Shown: positions 51,601 to 64,000 of the stretch, piece after piece
Position numbering within the stretch: the first letter of the stretch is position 1
Layout of the letters: each line of letters opens with the position of its first letter
From: Basidiobolus meristosporus CBS 931.73
Taxonomy: Eukaryota; Fungi; Basidiobolomycota
Length of the DNA: 64,000 bases
Direction of reading: 5' to 3'
Assembly (NCBI GenBank): GCA_002104905.1
Contig: MCFE01000167.1
Coordinates: 62,001 to 126,000, forward strand
Notes under the pieces: generated by a model
Told to the model about the DNA's origin: nothing
The model's input: only the letters and a program-made list of their open reading frames with translations
Database searches by the model: none
Translations under genes and position numbers: made by a program

Positions 51601-51813
51601 TAAGAAAAACCTGCCTAAGGCTTTTGCTGCAGCTTCAGTGAGTTGTTTATTTCTTTTTCCTTCTTTTAACTTCTGAAGTTTCTCAAGTGCATTAATAATA
51701 AAAAGTGCACCAGCAGCTAGATGATTCTTCGGCACAGAGACTGACGACGTACTGTTGGTGGGTGTTGACACTGTCGGAGAGGGGGGCTCGATGGTAGTGG
51801 TAGTATCCGACAT
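45651..51813 (-). CDS. SEC7: Sec7/BIG-family ARF guanine nucleotide exchange factor; multi-exon
   Basis: HUS box YLNYDCD; Sec7 domain FRLPGEAQKIDRFMLKFA...AYVLAYSVILLNTDLHNPQVK; HDS domains. Three further 3' exons traced to ...LGEVYKITS* (TAG at 45651-45653). Confidence 0.97.
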
Positions 51814-52237
51814 TGGGAGAACGTCTACCCAAGCTAGAATAGAAGCAAGTCTAAAGTCAACAAACGAAGGAGTTTGTCAGGAAATAAGGATTCTCTACTT
51901 GAAATTCTGATTGATGATTCAATAGAAATTAGGTAGGGGAAGTGTTCTTCGGTAGCACATATCAATAGATACTTTCAATATCATTTGTTACTAGGACTCC
52001 ACAGTTGGTGAGAATCAATTATTTGGTCAAATGCTATCATTTAGAGGACTAATTGTAGTCTATTCGTTCGGCATGCAGCCACTAAATTTGTTCACAACCT
52101 CAGCCACCCAACCCCCTCAAAAGTATCAGTCACTAAGAAATGCTGATAATCCCAACAAATTATTACTTATTATTAATACGCTTTCAACGCATCAGGAAAG
52201 CTTTCACACTCTGTGCTTGATACTGTACTCCCGCGTA

Positions 52238-52250
52238 TGACGTCACGTGG
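52238..52250. promoter_or_regulatory. Overlapping CRE (TGACGTCA) and E-box (CACGTG) about 425 bp upstream of the SEC7 start
   Basis: TGACGTCACGTGG read directly; function untested. Confidence 0.35.
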
Positions 52251-52818
52251 CTATGTATTACACCAATGGCTCTAGTGACCGAGAAAGACATTATGGTAAC
52301 TATTCTCTATTTGTTCGAAACCTGAAGGGCCCGAGGAATTGTTCGCATTATGGATTGGACTGGTGCACTTGATCGCTCACCATAAGGTGCAAGAGCAAGA
52401 ATAGTAGCTCTGGGTTTGGGCAGTCGACGGACAGGATTGAATTTTCTTGACGGGCCACCCCTCATGGAAAAACTCTATGGAATCGTGATTTATATTATTA
52501 TGAAATCGACAGATCGAAAAACGAATTTGGTGATTCCCCTCAAGCGCCGTAATATTGGTACATTTGTGGCGTAGACTGAATCTAGAACAAGCGCACGTTT
52601 GCCGTAAGCATTCATTCCCATCTTCGAGAGGTGAAGAACAGGCACCGAAGTACGGCAAAAGCCTCTTGTATGCGCCAGGGTTGATGCAGCGAAGCAAAGA
52701 CGGTTAATTGGCAAGAGGCATATCACGAATATTAGGAATGAAGCTATACAGAATTTATTCGAGTGGTAATAAAGTCCTTATGTATCATTGGTTTGGCGCT
52801 GACGGTTGTTTCATCTTT

Positions 52819-53672
52819 CTATGCTAGCAGTTTTTTACATTGGATTTGGGAATGCTCCTTAGAACGATCAACTTCATTCGTGATATCTTGGCATAGCTTG
52901 GGTGTTGTGATGACCACAAGGTACTCGCATTTGGCCGGTTCTTTGATAATTCGGATTTTCTCTAGGCTTTGCATACTGCAGTGAAACTACAACCGTGAGC
53001 GGTTAAAGACTTGTCGATGAAAACGGATCGACATGACATGAACTAACCTGAATCTCCACTGTGCGTGGCTTTTTGGTGCCATCGCATGGAGTTCCTCCAC
53101 CCCACCGCTGGGAAAGATGGTTCGGCGAACCTTCAATCAATGTTGTATCTACAACGTTCTGGGAATTTGTGTATTTTCCAAGGAAGTAGTTGCCTTCAGT
53201 CTTGGCGGTTGATCTTGAGGCCTTTCGGTATTGCCTTATATATTTGAGATGGCAATACTCATATGACCACCAGCCCTCGGTCTATGTCAAGGTAAATATC
53301 ACATCAGTATGTCAAGGATCTCCTCTCTCATTATTAAATTTCGATGTACTTTACGGCTTGTAAGCACCTAGATTTCAACGGCTCCAGTGACTCCAGACGG
53401 CGCTGTACAATGGTCTGAGTATCTATCTTTATGTCTTTCGATATTTCCAAGCTGTTGTCAACTGTAGAACCATTCGAGAAAGTACAGGAATACTCTACTC
53501 CGTCTTGAGAACGCATATAGACTTGAGAGCTTGAGGACTCCGCAGTGCTTGTCAAATTTGAGATAGTTAGCTGATACCTCGGTTCCTCTAGAGGATCTCC
53601 ATAGCTAGAGATTTCAGCCTGGGAAACTGCTAAAGATGCTAATAAGGATATCAAGATTGTTTGCGCGAACAT
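52819..53672 (-). CDS. YOS9: OS-9/Yos9-like MRH-domain lectin (3 exons, short)
   Basis: Signal peptide MFAQTILISLLASLAVSQA; MRH motifs GWWSYEYCHLKYIRQY, LGKY, QRWGGGTPCD...PRTVEIQFHC and KEPAKCEYLVVITTPKLC. Confidence 0.82.
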
Positions 53673-54373
53673 AAAAGACCTTTCATACAAACATTAAAGA
53701 ATGTAATTACAAGCAAATGTTTCTACGATTTTATGGTCAACCTCCGAATATCGGGTAGCAAAATCAGAATTCCGAGTTATGAATCGAACATAAAATCAAA
53801 CCGGCCAATGATATCTAATTCTGATCTCCTCCAATCGTGGCGCTCCTACACCAAATGCGTCTGGTCTTCCGGAGTCTAACCAAAGCGACCGAACCTTTCC
53901 CAAGATCGTTATCAGCTGTATTTTCAGGCCGTATATGCTGCTATTCAGGCTCCAGCTAGAGGTGTTTTGGTGATAGGTCTTAGATGCGTAATCTAGATTG
54001 GATGATTATTGGCTTCTAGGGCGGATTCATTTTTGTCCGTGGGTAGCCATTTGATTTTCACATGGTTCATTGGTGGGCAAGAGCCTGCGTATCTGCCGTG
54101 AAGTTGATACTGCCGTTCAGAATGTCAGATCCCCGCAAGACGATACGGGCATTTCCCTGTTCACCAGGAGTCTCTGCATCCCCATCACCTCAGTTGCTTT
54201 ACTCGATTACTGTTGTGAAAGGCTGCTTTTCACAAAGGCCTCGAAATGCAGCCGTGACAACGGAAAATTACGGAAGAAAACTTATTTATTCCACATTTCA
54301 GCATATTATCTTCAAGATGGCAGATAGCCCTTTGAGCTTCTGGGAGAGCTTGCCTATAATTAGCTCGGTTCCA

Positions 54374-55889
54374 CTAAAGCTTGTGTGTTTGCTTTTCTGC
54401 TTGAACGACCTGGTCTTGTTCAAGCTTCGTGATCTCTGCTTGGTTGTAACCGATTTCATTTAGTATTTGTGTGGTATGTTTACCAGGGGGAAGAAATGTG
54501 TGTTGCGCTTGGGGTTGCATTTTTCCTGGCGTCCTCGAAAGAATAGGTGCAGGTGGGGGATCCATAGAGTGCTCGAACGGTAGGACTGGAGTTACGCATG
54601 CATCTCTATTGGTAAATATCTGAGTCCATTCATCTTGAGATTTCTGCAGGAAGCGTTGTTGAAATATCTGGCGAGTTTTCGGCCAACTCGACGTATCATA
54701 CTGGTCGGGAAGTGAGTTGGGCTCTAGCTCTAGTCCAATTATTAACTCATGGTAGAACTGTGCCTCAATAGCGCCACTATGAAGGATTGAGTGGATGGAT
54801 AAAATATCCTAAGGTAAGAATTGCCTACTCACACTGCCATGTACTTTCCATCCGATGTCTCATAGACTTCGTAAAAGGGTGCTCCTCCATCTAGCATATT
54901 ATTGCCACGATTACTGCTATGAGCGCCATTGCTGATAAGTCCTGAAAGAAATGTCGAGAGATATCGAACCCCGCCAACCTTTAAAAATGGAAGTTAACGG
55001 CTTAACGTCCAGAAAGCAATTAAAAGTGCTACCATTGCTGCGTCTATAACTTGACCTAGTCCTGATCTCTCCCTTTCATATAATGCCAACATAATCCCAA
55101 CGACACATATAAGACTCCCACCTGCAAAGTCCGCTTTTGAAGATATCAGTAATAAGATTCTGAAGTAAAAGACTACGCTTGGCTAACCTAAGTAATTAAT
55201 CGGGAACATTGGTTTTTCCCCGGATCGACCAAGAACCTAAAGAAAAGATGCCACATTTTAGAGTCCGTCTTGAACTATGGGGATTCAAGAAAGAGAGCGT
55301 ACTGATAATGCTCCAGCTATAGCCAAGTAGTTTATGTCGTGGCCAGCCTCTTTCGAGAGACTACCTGTGTGGAAATATTAGCTGATAGAAGTAAAAATAG
55401 TGCTATGAAGCCATCTCCGTGTTTACCAGTCTGACCATAACCAGTCAGTCTTGCATAGATTAAACTAGAATTCTTTACGCACAGCACCTCTGGGCCAAAA
55501 CCAAGCTTCTCCAAGACTCCCGGCCGGAATGGATCTATTAATATATCTGCTTGTTGTACCAAACGGAATATAATTTCTTTTCCCTCCGCTGATTTTAGGT
55601 CCAAGGCTATGGAGCGCTTCCCTCTATGGAATATATGGAAGATTGGAATAGTGCTACAACAACTGGGGAACAGATGAGCACTACCTTGTTAAAAGGTCAG
55701 TAGAATTCCCATTCACTCTGTCAACACGAATCACCTCGGCACCAAAGTCTGCAAGTATCAAACCTTTGAAAGCTAGAATTAGGTTGTATCTTTAGGCCAG
55801 GAAATAGCTTTTTAGTGCTCACCAGCAAAGGGACCAGGCGCTAAACCTGCAAACTCTACGACTCGAATGCCTTTCAGGGGAAGCGCCAT
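54374..55889 (-). CDS. AMACR: Alpha-methylacyl-CoA racemase / CoA-transferase family III; multi-exon
   Basis: [42 protein letters not shown]...[20 protein letters not shown]...[13 protein letters not shown] and AGHDINY; ends in -HKL. Confidence 0.93.
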
Positions 55890-56563
55890 TTTCGAAAAGG
55901 AATAGCAAGTTGATAATGGTTTCATACACTTGCTGACCACTGCATTATATATTCACAATAGTTTGTATGCTTTAATGGGCATTGGGAGTGAAGCAATCCT
56001 ACTTCTCGAGTGGATCATTACTAAGATGAAACTGTGAACATTTCGATAAGCCAATCATGGGTTGTGACTGGGGTTTTTGAATGTGATCTTGAGAATTGTG
56101 AGCATAATCTCGGGAATAAGCGATGAACTCTCACATGTATTGCTTTCATTAGTTGACCTGATTTTCAAGACTTGGCACAGAAGGCGGTCTTGACCCATTC
56201 TTTCTAAACGCAAGTAAAACATACGTTGAAAAACCCCAGGCTTCGACATTAGTCTAGGTGGTGTATACTTTATATATTTCTTGAACTATGGCACAACCAT
56301 TTATCCCTCACAAGCGGGTAGGGAAGTTCTTCGAATACGGTAAAAATTTACACGAATACAGTAGTGGAACGATGGAAGTAATTACACAAGCATATTCCAG
56401 TAAAAAATCAATAAAAAAGCACTTCCATGCAAAAAACGTCTACATAATCTATATACTGACATGCCTCACTCATGGTGGAGTTATCATTGACCGATACCAA
56501 GCTCTGCTAACCCCACCATGTTCCATAATGGGGGTCAAGGCCCGATCCGAATGTAGTATTCCC

Positions 56564-59512
56564 TCAGCGCCATTGTGGCTTACTCCTGCGAACCGTACTA
56601 CCGCCAGAGCCAGCTGAAGTTGAACCAAACAATTTTCGTGTTGTTCCACCCGAAGCTTTTAAAATCCCGCTCGACTGTACCTCGCCGACGGGCCCTCTGC
56701 TGCGAACTTTCGGGCCATTTCCTAGCTCATTGAGTGGGTGATACTCTGCACGGTTGCGTCTGCGGGCACTGTTGGTTCTAATAGCACCAACACCCACACT
56801 CATTTGAGTTTTTGTCTTGGGCGTACTAGGGGAAGGCTGAACACTATCGTCAAGGCTCTTAGATTTCAAACTAGATTTCAGGATACCCGTGCTCTTCTTG
56901 AGGGCCGATGGTAGAGATGGCGGTTTAACATACGGAGAGGACGGAGCAGGGGTATCCTTCGTAATAGTCTTAAAGGGAGAAGAGACGCCTGGTTCGGTAA
57001 AAGTCACTGTGCGAATTCTTTTGCTAGGGTTGACCGTCGAAGTGTTGTTTGACATGGAGCTGACCCGAGCTCGTTTTGCGCTCGATACCATCGGAGATAT
57101 TACCATTGAACCTGGTCCATCCTGATTGGACTTGAGGTGGGAGGATTTTGATCTGCCTGTTGGGGGCTTTTCCGGAGTACGGCTAGGTGTAACCACTGTT
57201 GGGTGAGGGGAATATTTTCTAGCTTTCAAGCTTATCGGTGACCGAATAACCCTGTTGGATCGTGCAGACTTTATGGTCAACTCGTTGAGGTCGGATGATA
57301 GATATTCGGAATCAAGTTTGGAAGATTCCGGAATGCTCAGCATATCTTTAAGTTCTTCCTCAACTGCACCATATGAATTGGCTTCCTGCTTTTTGACGAT
57401 CTCGGCAAATGCAGAAATCTGCGCCATGTATATGTCATTCAAGTAGGAGGTATCCAAACCTTGAGATTGAACCGCCTCTATACAATCGCGTAGACCAGCC
57501 AAGCAAGTGGCATTGTTTTTCATAAACGTCTGCACGATGTGGGACTGATTACGGTTGGTACACTGACTTACAACCACCACCTTCTCCAGTCGGGTCTTCA
57601 ACGAACCCATGTTCCGCAAATTCCCATTCTCCAGCTCACTGATCAATTTGATTTCCTCCATTGTATCCAATGGGATTTGATGCGCGCTTCCTTCGAGGAG
57701 CCTTTCAATGTGATGACGATGACGCCTGTTGGTATTCCATGCATAATCCAGACGGCGAGCAATGGTGTTTTTGCTCTCTTCTAGGTTCCGGAGGGTTTCC
57801 TCGGCCATATCGAGGTAGGAATTCATGCTAGAATCACTTTCCAAAGTTGACAACGCAGCTACGTACGCATCCCGCCAAGTCTTCAATCCTTCATATCGTT
57901 GATGAAGATCCATATAATGCGCCCATAGGTTACCAATATCACTTTCACATTCGGTGACCTTCTCGAAGTGAATGCTGATTTTCTTCTGACAATCCTCGAG
58001 CTGTTTCCGCAAAGCCAAGTCGAGCTTAAATGTATTTGCCGTGCCATTAGCATTGGAGGGTTTGGGGGCATTCTCCTTGGTGTGAAGTTTTTTCTTGAGC
58101 TCCTCGACTTCGGACCGTAGATCTTTAATGATCTTCACGTATTGTGAGACATGCATATTCACGCTCAACGTGTTCTTTTCCACCCTGTTCTTGATATTCT
58201 TTGCACGACTAGCATACTTCAACGTGTTGTGTGTCTCGTCGTAATAAAGACTTGATGGACTTACACACACGATCATGACAGTCTTGCAATTCCCGCCCAA
58301 CGAGAACTTGAGCAAACGTGTCAGTTTGCTGTCACGATACGGGATATGGGCTTTGCGTGTTTCATCGCAGAGTGCGTTGATACAATTGCCCAATGCTGGT
58401 GAAAAAGCAAGTGCTTAGTACCCACGATTGGATGGATTTGGTGAATAGTGAAAAGCCTACCTAATAAGGACCTGTTGATGTTGGCCCCCTCCATGAGCCT
58501 CTCACCCTTATTCGCAGTGACAGAAGCTCTCTCACTTCCAGCCAAATCGATCAAGCTCAAAGTGGCCATCATATAATCGGTGGTAATGTTGGCAGTACGA
58601 GGCCTTTGTTTGATGTGAATTTGCAACACTGCGTGTGAACGAGAAGAAGTCGCATTGGCCTCAGTTGGAGAGACGGTCCGATTACGATTACCCCGCAATA
58701 TCATGTTCATGACATGGTCTACCTGTAGAATATTGATCAGAGTTAAAGAATGATATTGTACTACTAAATAATAAAGCAAAGACATACATCACGTGGAAAG
58801 TGCTCACTCAATCCAGACACCACCACCTTCTTGTTTGAATCCTCGCGTAGCGCGAGGGGAGGCGAAACTTTGCCCTCAGGTACGAGCAAATCACGAATCG
58901 TCTCGTTGTATACCTCAAGATACGACAACGATATTTCTACGGTCTTCTCATTTTCTACATCAGAAATTCTACGGAACAACTCCTCCATCGTCAGGAAGAT
59001 GATACCTGGATTTTCGGGGGTGCCGCTGATAGTATGTGTCTTGCCACATCCAGTAGCCTACAATTATTAGAAACCATATAAGTTATTGAAAGAGGAATCA
59101 TGCTTCAATCGAGATAACATACACCATAAGCAAACACAGTTGAGTTGAAACCATTCAAAATATTGTCAATAAGGCTTTTGCTAGTTCCTTCAAACACATC
59201 TTCTTGAGTTGAATCCTCATCAAAAACACGATCGAACACGAATCTTGCATCCTTGTGACGCTTGTTGCTGGCGCCAATTTTGTGAGCAGAATGCATATCC
59301 TCGGGGGGATCAAATACGACTACATGATCATCGATCACATGAACAACTTTGCGTACGTGTTTTGAAGCTTCTTGCTCGTGCGCTGATTGGAAAGACGCGG
59401 AGAAAGGAAAACGGTGATTGTTGGTTGGAGGAAGTAGGGCTATTTCGCGTTCATTGAACGGGCGAACTCTAACGGCAACCAAGATTGCAGATTCATTTGA
59501 ATCCGACGGCAT
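56564..59512 (-). CDS. KIP3: Kinesin-8 family motor (Kip3/Klp5/6-like); multi-exon
   Basis: VAVRVRPF, P-loop [23 protein letters not shown] and [23 protein letters not shown], then a coiled coil and a basic tail. Confidence 0.93.
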
Positions 59513-61674
59513 TATTCAACCAAAAAAGTGGACTCTAAGTTTGATCTGGAGATAGCGTTTTGCCTTACTGTTCTACTTTCCAAGCGCAAAGTGTCTTTGG
59601 AAGAAATAAAAAAGATGGTAACCTCGCTGGTAGTCAAACCAATGTAAATAAATATATTATGATGTTGAAAGAACAATTCAGGACTAAACCAAGACAAAAC
59701 AAAGTAAAGGCCAATCATGTAGCAACATAGTGACAGAACCATGGCGATCAAAAGTAAATAAACATTGGTGAGCCTGATAAAAAAAACCAAACCTTAGATA
59801 GGCCATATAAAGCCATATCTATCATCATTCTACACTGCCTTAAGGTACTCCTTGTGTCAAGATGCTTGAATCAGTGACGGAGTAGTGAGTTTTATATTTC
59901 ACCCGCGGCGAGTGTTTACTGCCGTTGGACTGGCTGACTTCTAATGGGTCGAAGTACAAAGTGCAATTTGCTGTGCAACCTGGATGTAACCTGACGATGA
60001 CTGTTTTGAGTTATATCAAGTACTGCTCAACGTGGTCGAGCCCAACTGGGTCATAACCTGCACGCCACGAAATTACGACATACGACCCGCACTATACTAG
60101 AGAATATATCAAACGGAATAGAAATACGAACGGAGTTTTAGGCGATGCGGAGTGACGAGGCGCTTCAAGCATCGCAGATAACGAGCACATACCAGCTATT
60201 TGTCATTTCTGTTGAGGATGTATTTGTAGGTCAGAGATTTACGGCTGTAGCTATCGATTGCTCTCACACAATCATGGCTTGTCCATAGCAGTGAATAAGG
60301 AAAAGGCTACAGCACGATCTGTTAGTCAGCGGAACTTGTAAAAACCCGTTTAAGCATATATGCGAACGGAACCACGGCTCAGGTGAAGTTTGAAGTTGGC
60401 ATTGGAAACCGGACTGAAGAGTTCCCACAAATAATGCATTTCTCTCGTCTGTTACAAAGCTATCTCTGCTTGAGCAGGTATTAAAATTGTGAGGATATAA
60501 TTCCACTCAATGGGGATGATATACCCAATTGTCTGGAACCTTAATACGATGTAGCAGTTAACCTCGGGAGATTTTATTCAAAAAGCTGATGCGCTCCCAA
60601 ACGTAGTAAAACAGCACAACATTGCTACCATCAACCAAACGGGAAACACGCCACTCAGGAATCACGCGGAAGCAAGATCAAGCACAACACTGTTATATTG
60701 TGTGATTTGTGCGACCTGGAATTGCACCTCAGAGTGAAAATTTCGGATTGGGCTAGGATGGGTATTTGGATAATTTGAAAATAATCGAGATTCTTGAATG
60801 TTTACCCGGATCTGAAATCCACTGGCTCGACCCGAGAATTGCCTATCAAGAGATGTTTGCAAACACCATGAGACTGCCAGATTGTTATAACCGGTTTGCG
60901 TGTAGGAAAAACGATTTTCTGTGGCACCAACCGGAACCCGCCTCATAAGAAAAATATATAGGGCAATATAGATGAGTCTATATCCAGCATTCGTACTTCC
61001 AAACCGATTAGGTACGATGTGTAATCTGGGAATTTGTAATCTCTCTCAAGAGGTAATTCTTATAACTTGTATGGCACTTGATATAACAATCACACCAGCT
61101 TTGGGACTCATCATCCATTTTTGTGGCTCAGCAATGGTCATGAAAAGTTTGAGTAACCAAGATGGCAACTGAGATAGCTATGCCATTGGGATGGAAAACT
61201 TGACTTATCTGTGCATATTTATGTATGACTTACCCGATATATATGACAACCCTCCATATATGGCGGCCATGTGGTCTATGTGACGCTCACCCAGGGTGAT
61301 GAGCACGGATCACCAGTCAACGAGCAAAGTGGCTCAATACATTTTCCCGAATGTGCTCACCAATGCTGAATTTGGCCAATTTGGCCTAGTCACTCCCAAA
61401 CTGGATAACCCTGGATTTCCTTTCCTAAACCAAGTTTCAAACCTTGTAGAAATTCGAGTATTACTGGCAATAGGTTTAAAAGGTTCTCGGGTTACTAATA
61501 GCCACACATCAAGCACTGAGAACAGGTTCTATATATAGGATGACCAATGGCTGGTGAGGCATCCATACGGATAATCGTTTTGGAGATGAGATTAGGCATT
61601 TGAAAACTTCCGGTCTTTGGCAAATATATAGTTTATTTTACAGCTCTCTATGGTATAGTATTAATGTACAATGT

Positions 61675-62778
61675 TCAACATGACACTATGTCTGAATAGC
61701 TTGGGGGTAAATACTCAAGATTAGTCATGTGGCTTTGATAGACTGGTGGGCGATCTGATGTAATTTCGTTGTAATTTGGTAAAGATTCAGATGCAATATA
61801 TTCTGAATTGAATTTGGCATCATCGTCAGACGCAACCAAAATGGGCAGAGAGGTGACCATACTTGTGTACACCCCGTTGATCTCCAGCTCGATTTTGGCG
61901 TAGAGCCTGTGAGTTACTTCAACATATTCTGAGGATGCATCGCAATGAATTCGCCTAGAGTTCTTGGGAATTCGAATTCTGACCACTTGCTGTGTTTCGT
62001 CGCCATTAAAATAATTGGAAACCGAGTGAACAGCACGACGGCTTTCTACAGTAGAAATGTTGTTTGGGTCATTCACGTCTGGCACCCGGTAGAGCGTGAT
62101 TTCCCCGAGGATGACCTCTACACCGATGATATGGACTTGACGGTAGAGTGGTATGTGGTGGATGTGAACTGGCACAACCTTGCCCGGCTTCAGCTGATAG
62201 CTGGGAATTGAAACGTCGTATGACACAATGTCCTTCCAGACCCCCTGAGATTTCGTGTTGAAGGCGGTACATGCCAGAGGGTTCATCGGTCTCGAGATAT
62301 GAACAGACTTTTCGGCTTTGAAGTTGAACTGAAACATTGAGGTTTCGGCAAAAGCTTTGAACCCGTACTCTATCTGAGCACCTTCTGCTTCAAGAGACTC
62401 GGGAAGGGTGGATGGAAGTGCGAGCTCAAATGGGAATTTGTATGTCCCTTTGCTGTAGCATTTTGGGGTTTTGCATTGGTCCAAGAACTTCCATTCATGA
62501 TGGACTAGGTTTCTCTGGGTCTTTTGGATTCCTAGAGTGGTTGAATGCTGCATTTAGAAGATGAACCATGATGGAAGCAACGGCACAGAATATATACCTC
62601 TATATAGAGTCAAGTTCCCCTGGAACTGGAGATGGATTCTGTGTATTTTGACAGGTGAGGCTGGGGCGAATATTAGGTTCCCCTTGAGAAAAATGACCGA
62701 GTTGTCGTCCTCAAATGAATTTGTGACGAATCGGTCTTGGGCCAACTCAATTTCAAATACTCCTTGATTGAAGAACAT
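61675..62778 (-). CDS. Alpha-arrestin (arrestin-N/C folds with PY motifs); 2 exons
   Basis: GTYKFPFELALPSTLPESLE...IEYGFKA; C-terminal LPNY, PPVY and PPSY motifs for Rsp5/Nedd4-type ligases. The start may be 62778 or 62850. Confidence 0.85.
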
Positions 62779-64000
62779 CCCGACTTCAGTACGCTTTAGT
62801 ATTAATAAGAAGTAATGTACATCACATAGTAGGCCAGCGCCCAATGTCATTTATATACAACTTGGCCATCGTGGCTAATACAGTGCGATCCAGTTATTAG
62901 CTCAAGCCCCAAAAGATACCGGATCAACTATTTATCATCGTCCAAATAGCGAATCTTGAAGTTGGTGGCGATTCAGATATATGTTGTCTAGAAGTAGAAA
63001 GCTTACCAACAGTCAAAATCCCAACTTTCCTCTCTTTTCACCAAAATGGGAATATCGATGTCTGTTTTCAATGATTTCAGAAGCTGTGACCCAATAGGAT
63101 GGCTTCATAGGAATAACTGATAAGCGAGGCCTGATTTCTGATGTCTTACCATCGTAAACAAATTGCCGGCTTCATAAAAGTCATACTGATCATGTATTGG
63201 AATTGCCATATGCGGGCACCTGCATCCTTTCGCGAAAATTTTCAAACGACTCAGTCTTCTACAAGGGGATTAGTGCCCCCTTCACCCCTTTGGCCACTGA
63301 GTCCTGCTGCTGTGGAAGCTTGGTCACAGTAAGATTTCATATCAAAAAATTGCAGTGAGTTTGTTGCGAATTGATGGACTGGGAGTAAAGTACGACTCTG
63401 GCCAGCCTACCAATCGTAGTTATTTCAGGGTTGCGAATCGTCCATGTGAAATCTATGATCGCTCGATTTAGATGATGCAATAGGTAATTTAGCCGAGGTG
63501 GCCAACCATGGCTGCCCGTTTTTTGCTAAGATTCCTTGGGTTATTGGTTGAGCTCCGTCTTTATTAGTGCTGTCAGATGTGCACCATATTATTTCATTGC
63601 TGTACACCTAATTATAGCGTAGTTATGTCAGTAATGGCGCGAGTCTACCGGACCAATACACTTAGGCCATCCTTGGCCAACCACAGAGGACCTTCTTTAA
63701 TAATTAAGCGTTGGCCGTGTGGTGCCTCAAGCCTCCAAGTGCACAAACTGATTGCGTTGCTGGTGCAGAAATGCACGCATGTATACAACTTACCATTTGG
63801 GAACTACATGGTTCATTCTGGCGAGTTTCCGATCAGTCCTATTGAATCCATCAATCAATACTGCAGCCAGGACATGGTCTAGTTTTTTCCTCTATCACTG
63901 GCAGTGCAACGGTCATTTTTGGGCTTTGAGTTTTGGGAAGTCTTCTTCCTAATCCGAAGGATGATCAAATCTGTATACTACACTAAATAAGCTTGCATAG

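Noticed and set aside
51942-51963. GTGTTCTTCGGTAGCACATATC resembles the U6 snRNA 5' stem-loop
   Set aside because: No ACAGAGA box, no internal stem-loop and no downstream U6 similarity; probably coincidence or a tiny remnant.
52377-52726. Cys-containing minus-strand ORFs downstream of the MRH lectin
   Set aside because: No recognisable motif or splice support, and two overlapping frames are similarly open; likely 3' UTR or intergenic sequence.
23349-62778. Apparent cluster of trafficking genes (VPS23, RhoGAP, SEC7, YOS9-like, arrestin)
   Set aside because: These are common housekeeping genes interspersed with unrelated ones; there is no evidence of co-regulation.

Overview
Eukaryotic, intron-containing fungal DNA (short GT-AG introns of about 50-100 nt; an early-diverging lineage is plausible but is inference). 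The window has two halves. Positions 1 to about 22.8 kb form a CpG-depleted nested transposon field. It holds one intact, recent Ty1/copia element (16805-21490, GTATG target duplication, half-tRNA-iMet-type PBS), an older decayed sister copy on the minus strand and several solo or partial LTRs from about three families. It also holds a 734-bp foldback element with an ATT target duplication, a 320-bp CCC/GGG MITE with an AATT target duplication, and four same-orientation copies of an unclassified repeat that carries a decayed ORF and has Helitron-like 3' geometry. From about 22.8 kb to 64 kb the DNA is CpG-normal and genic: VPS23/TSG101, a homeobox factor, DGAT2, a UPF0014 membrane protein, a Pho85-type cyclin, an F-BAR RhoGAP, SEC7, an OS-9/MRH lectin, an AMACR-like CoA-transferase, kinesin-8 and an alpha-arrestin. 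A 10-exon gene at 43063-45187, only fragmentarily visible in the ORF track, encodes a secreted protein of about 509 aa with eight four-cysteine modules arranged as four intron-phased doublets. All alignments and counts were done by eye; no database searches were run.
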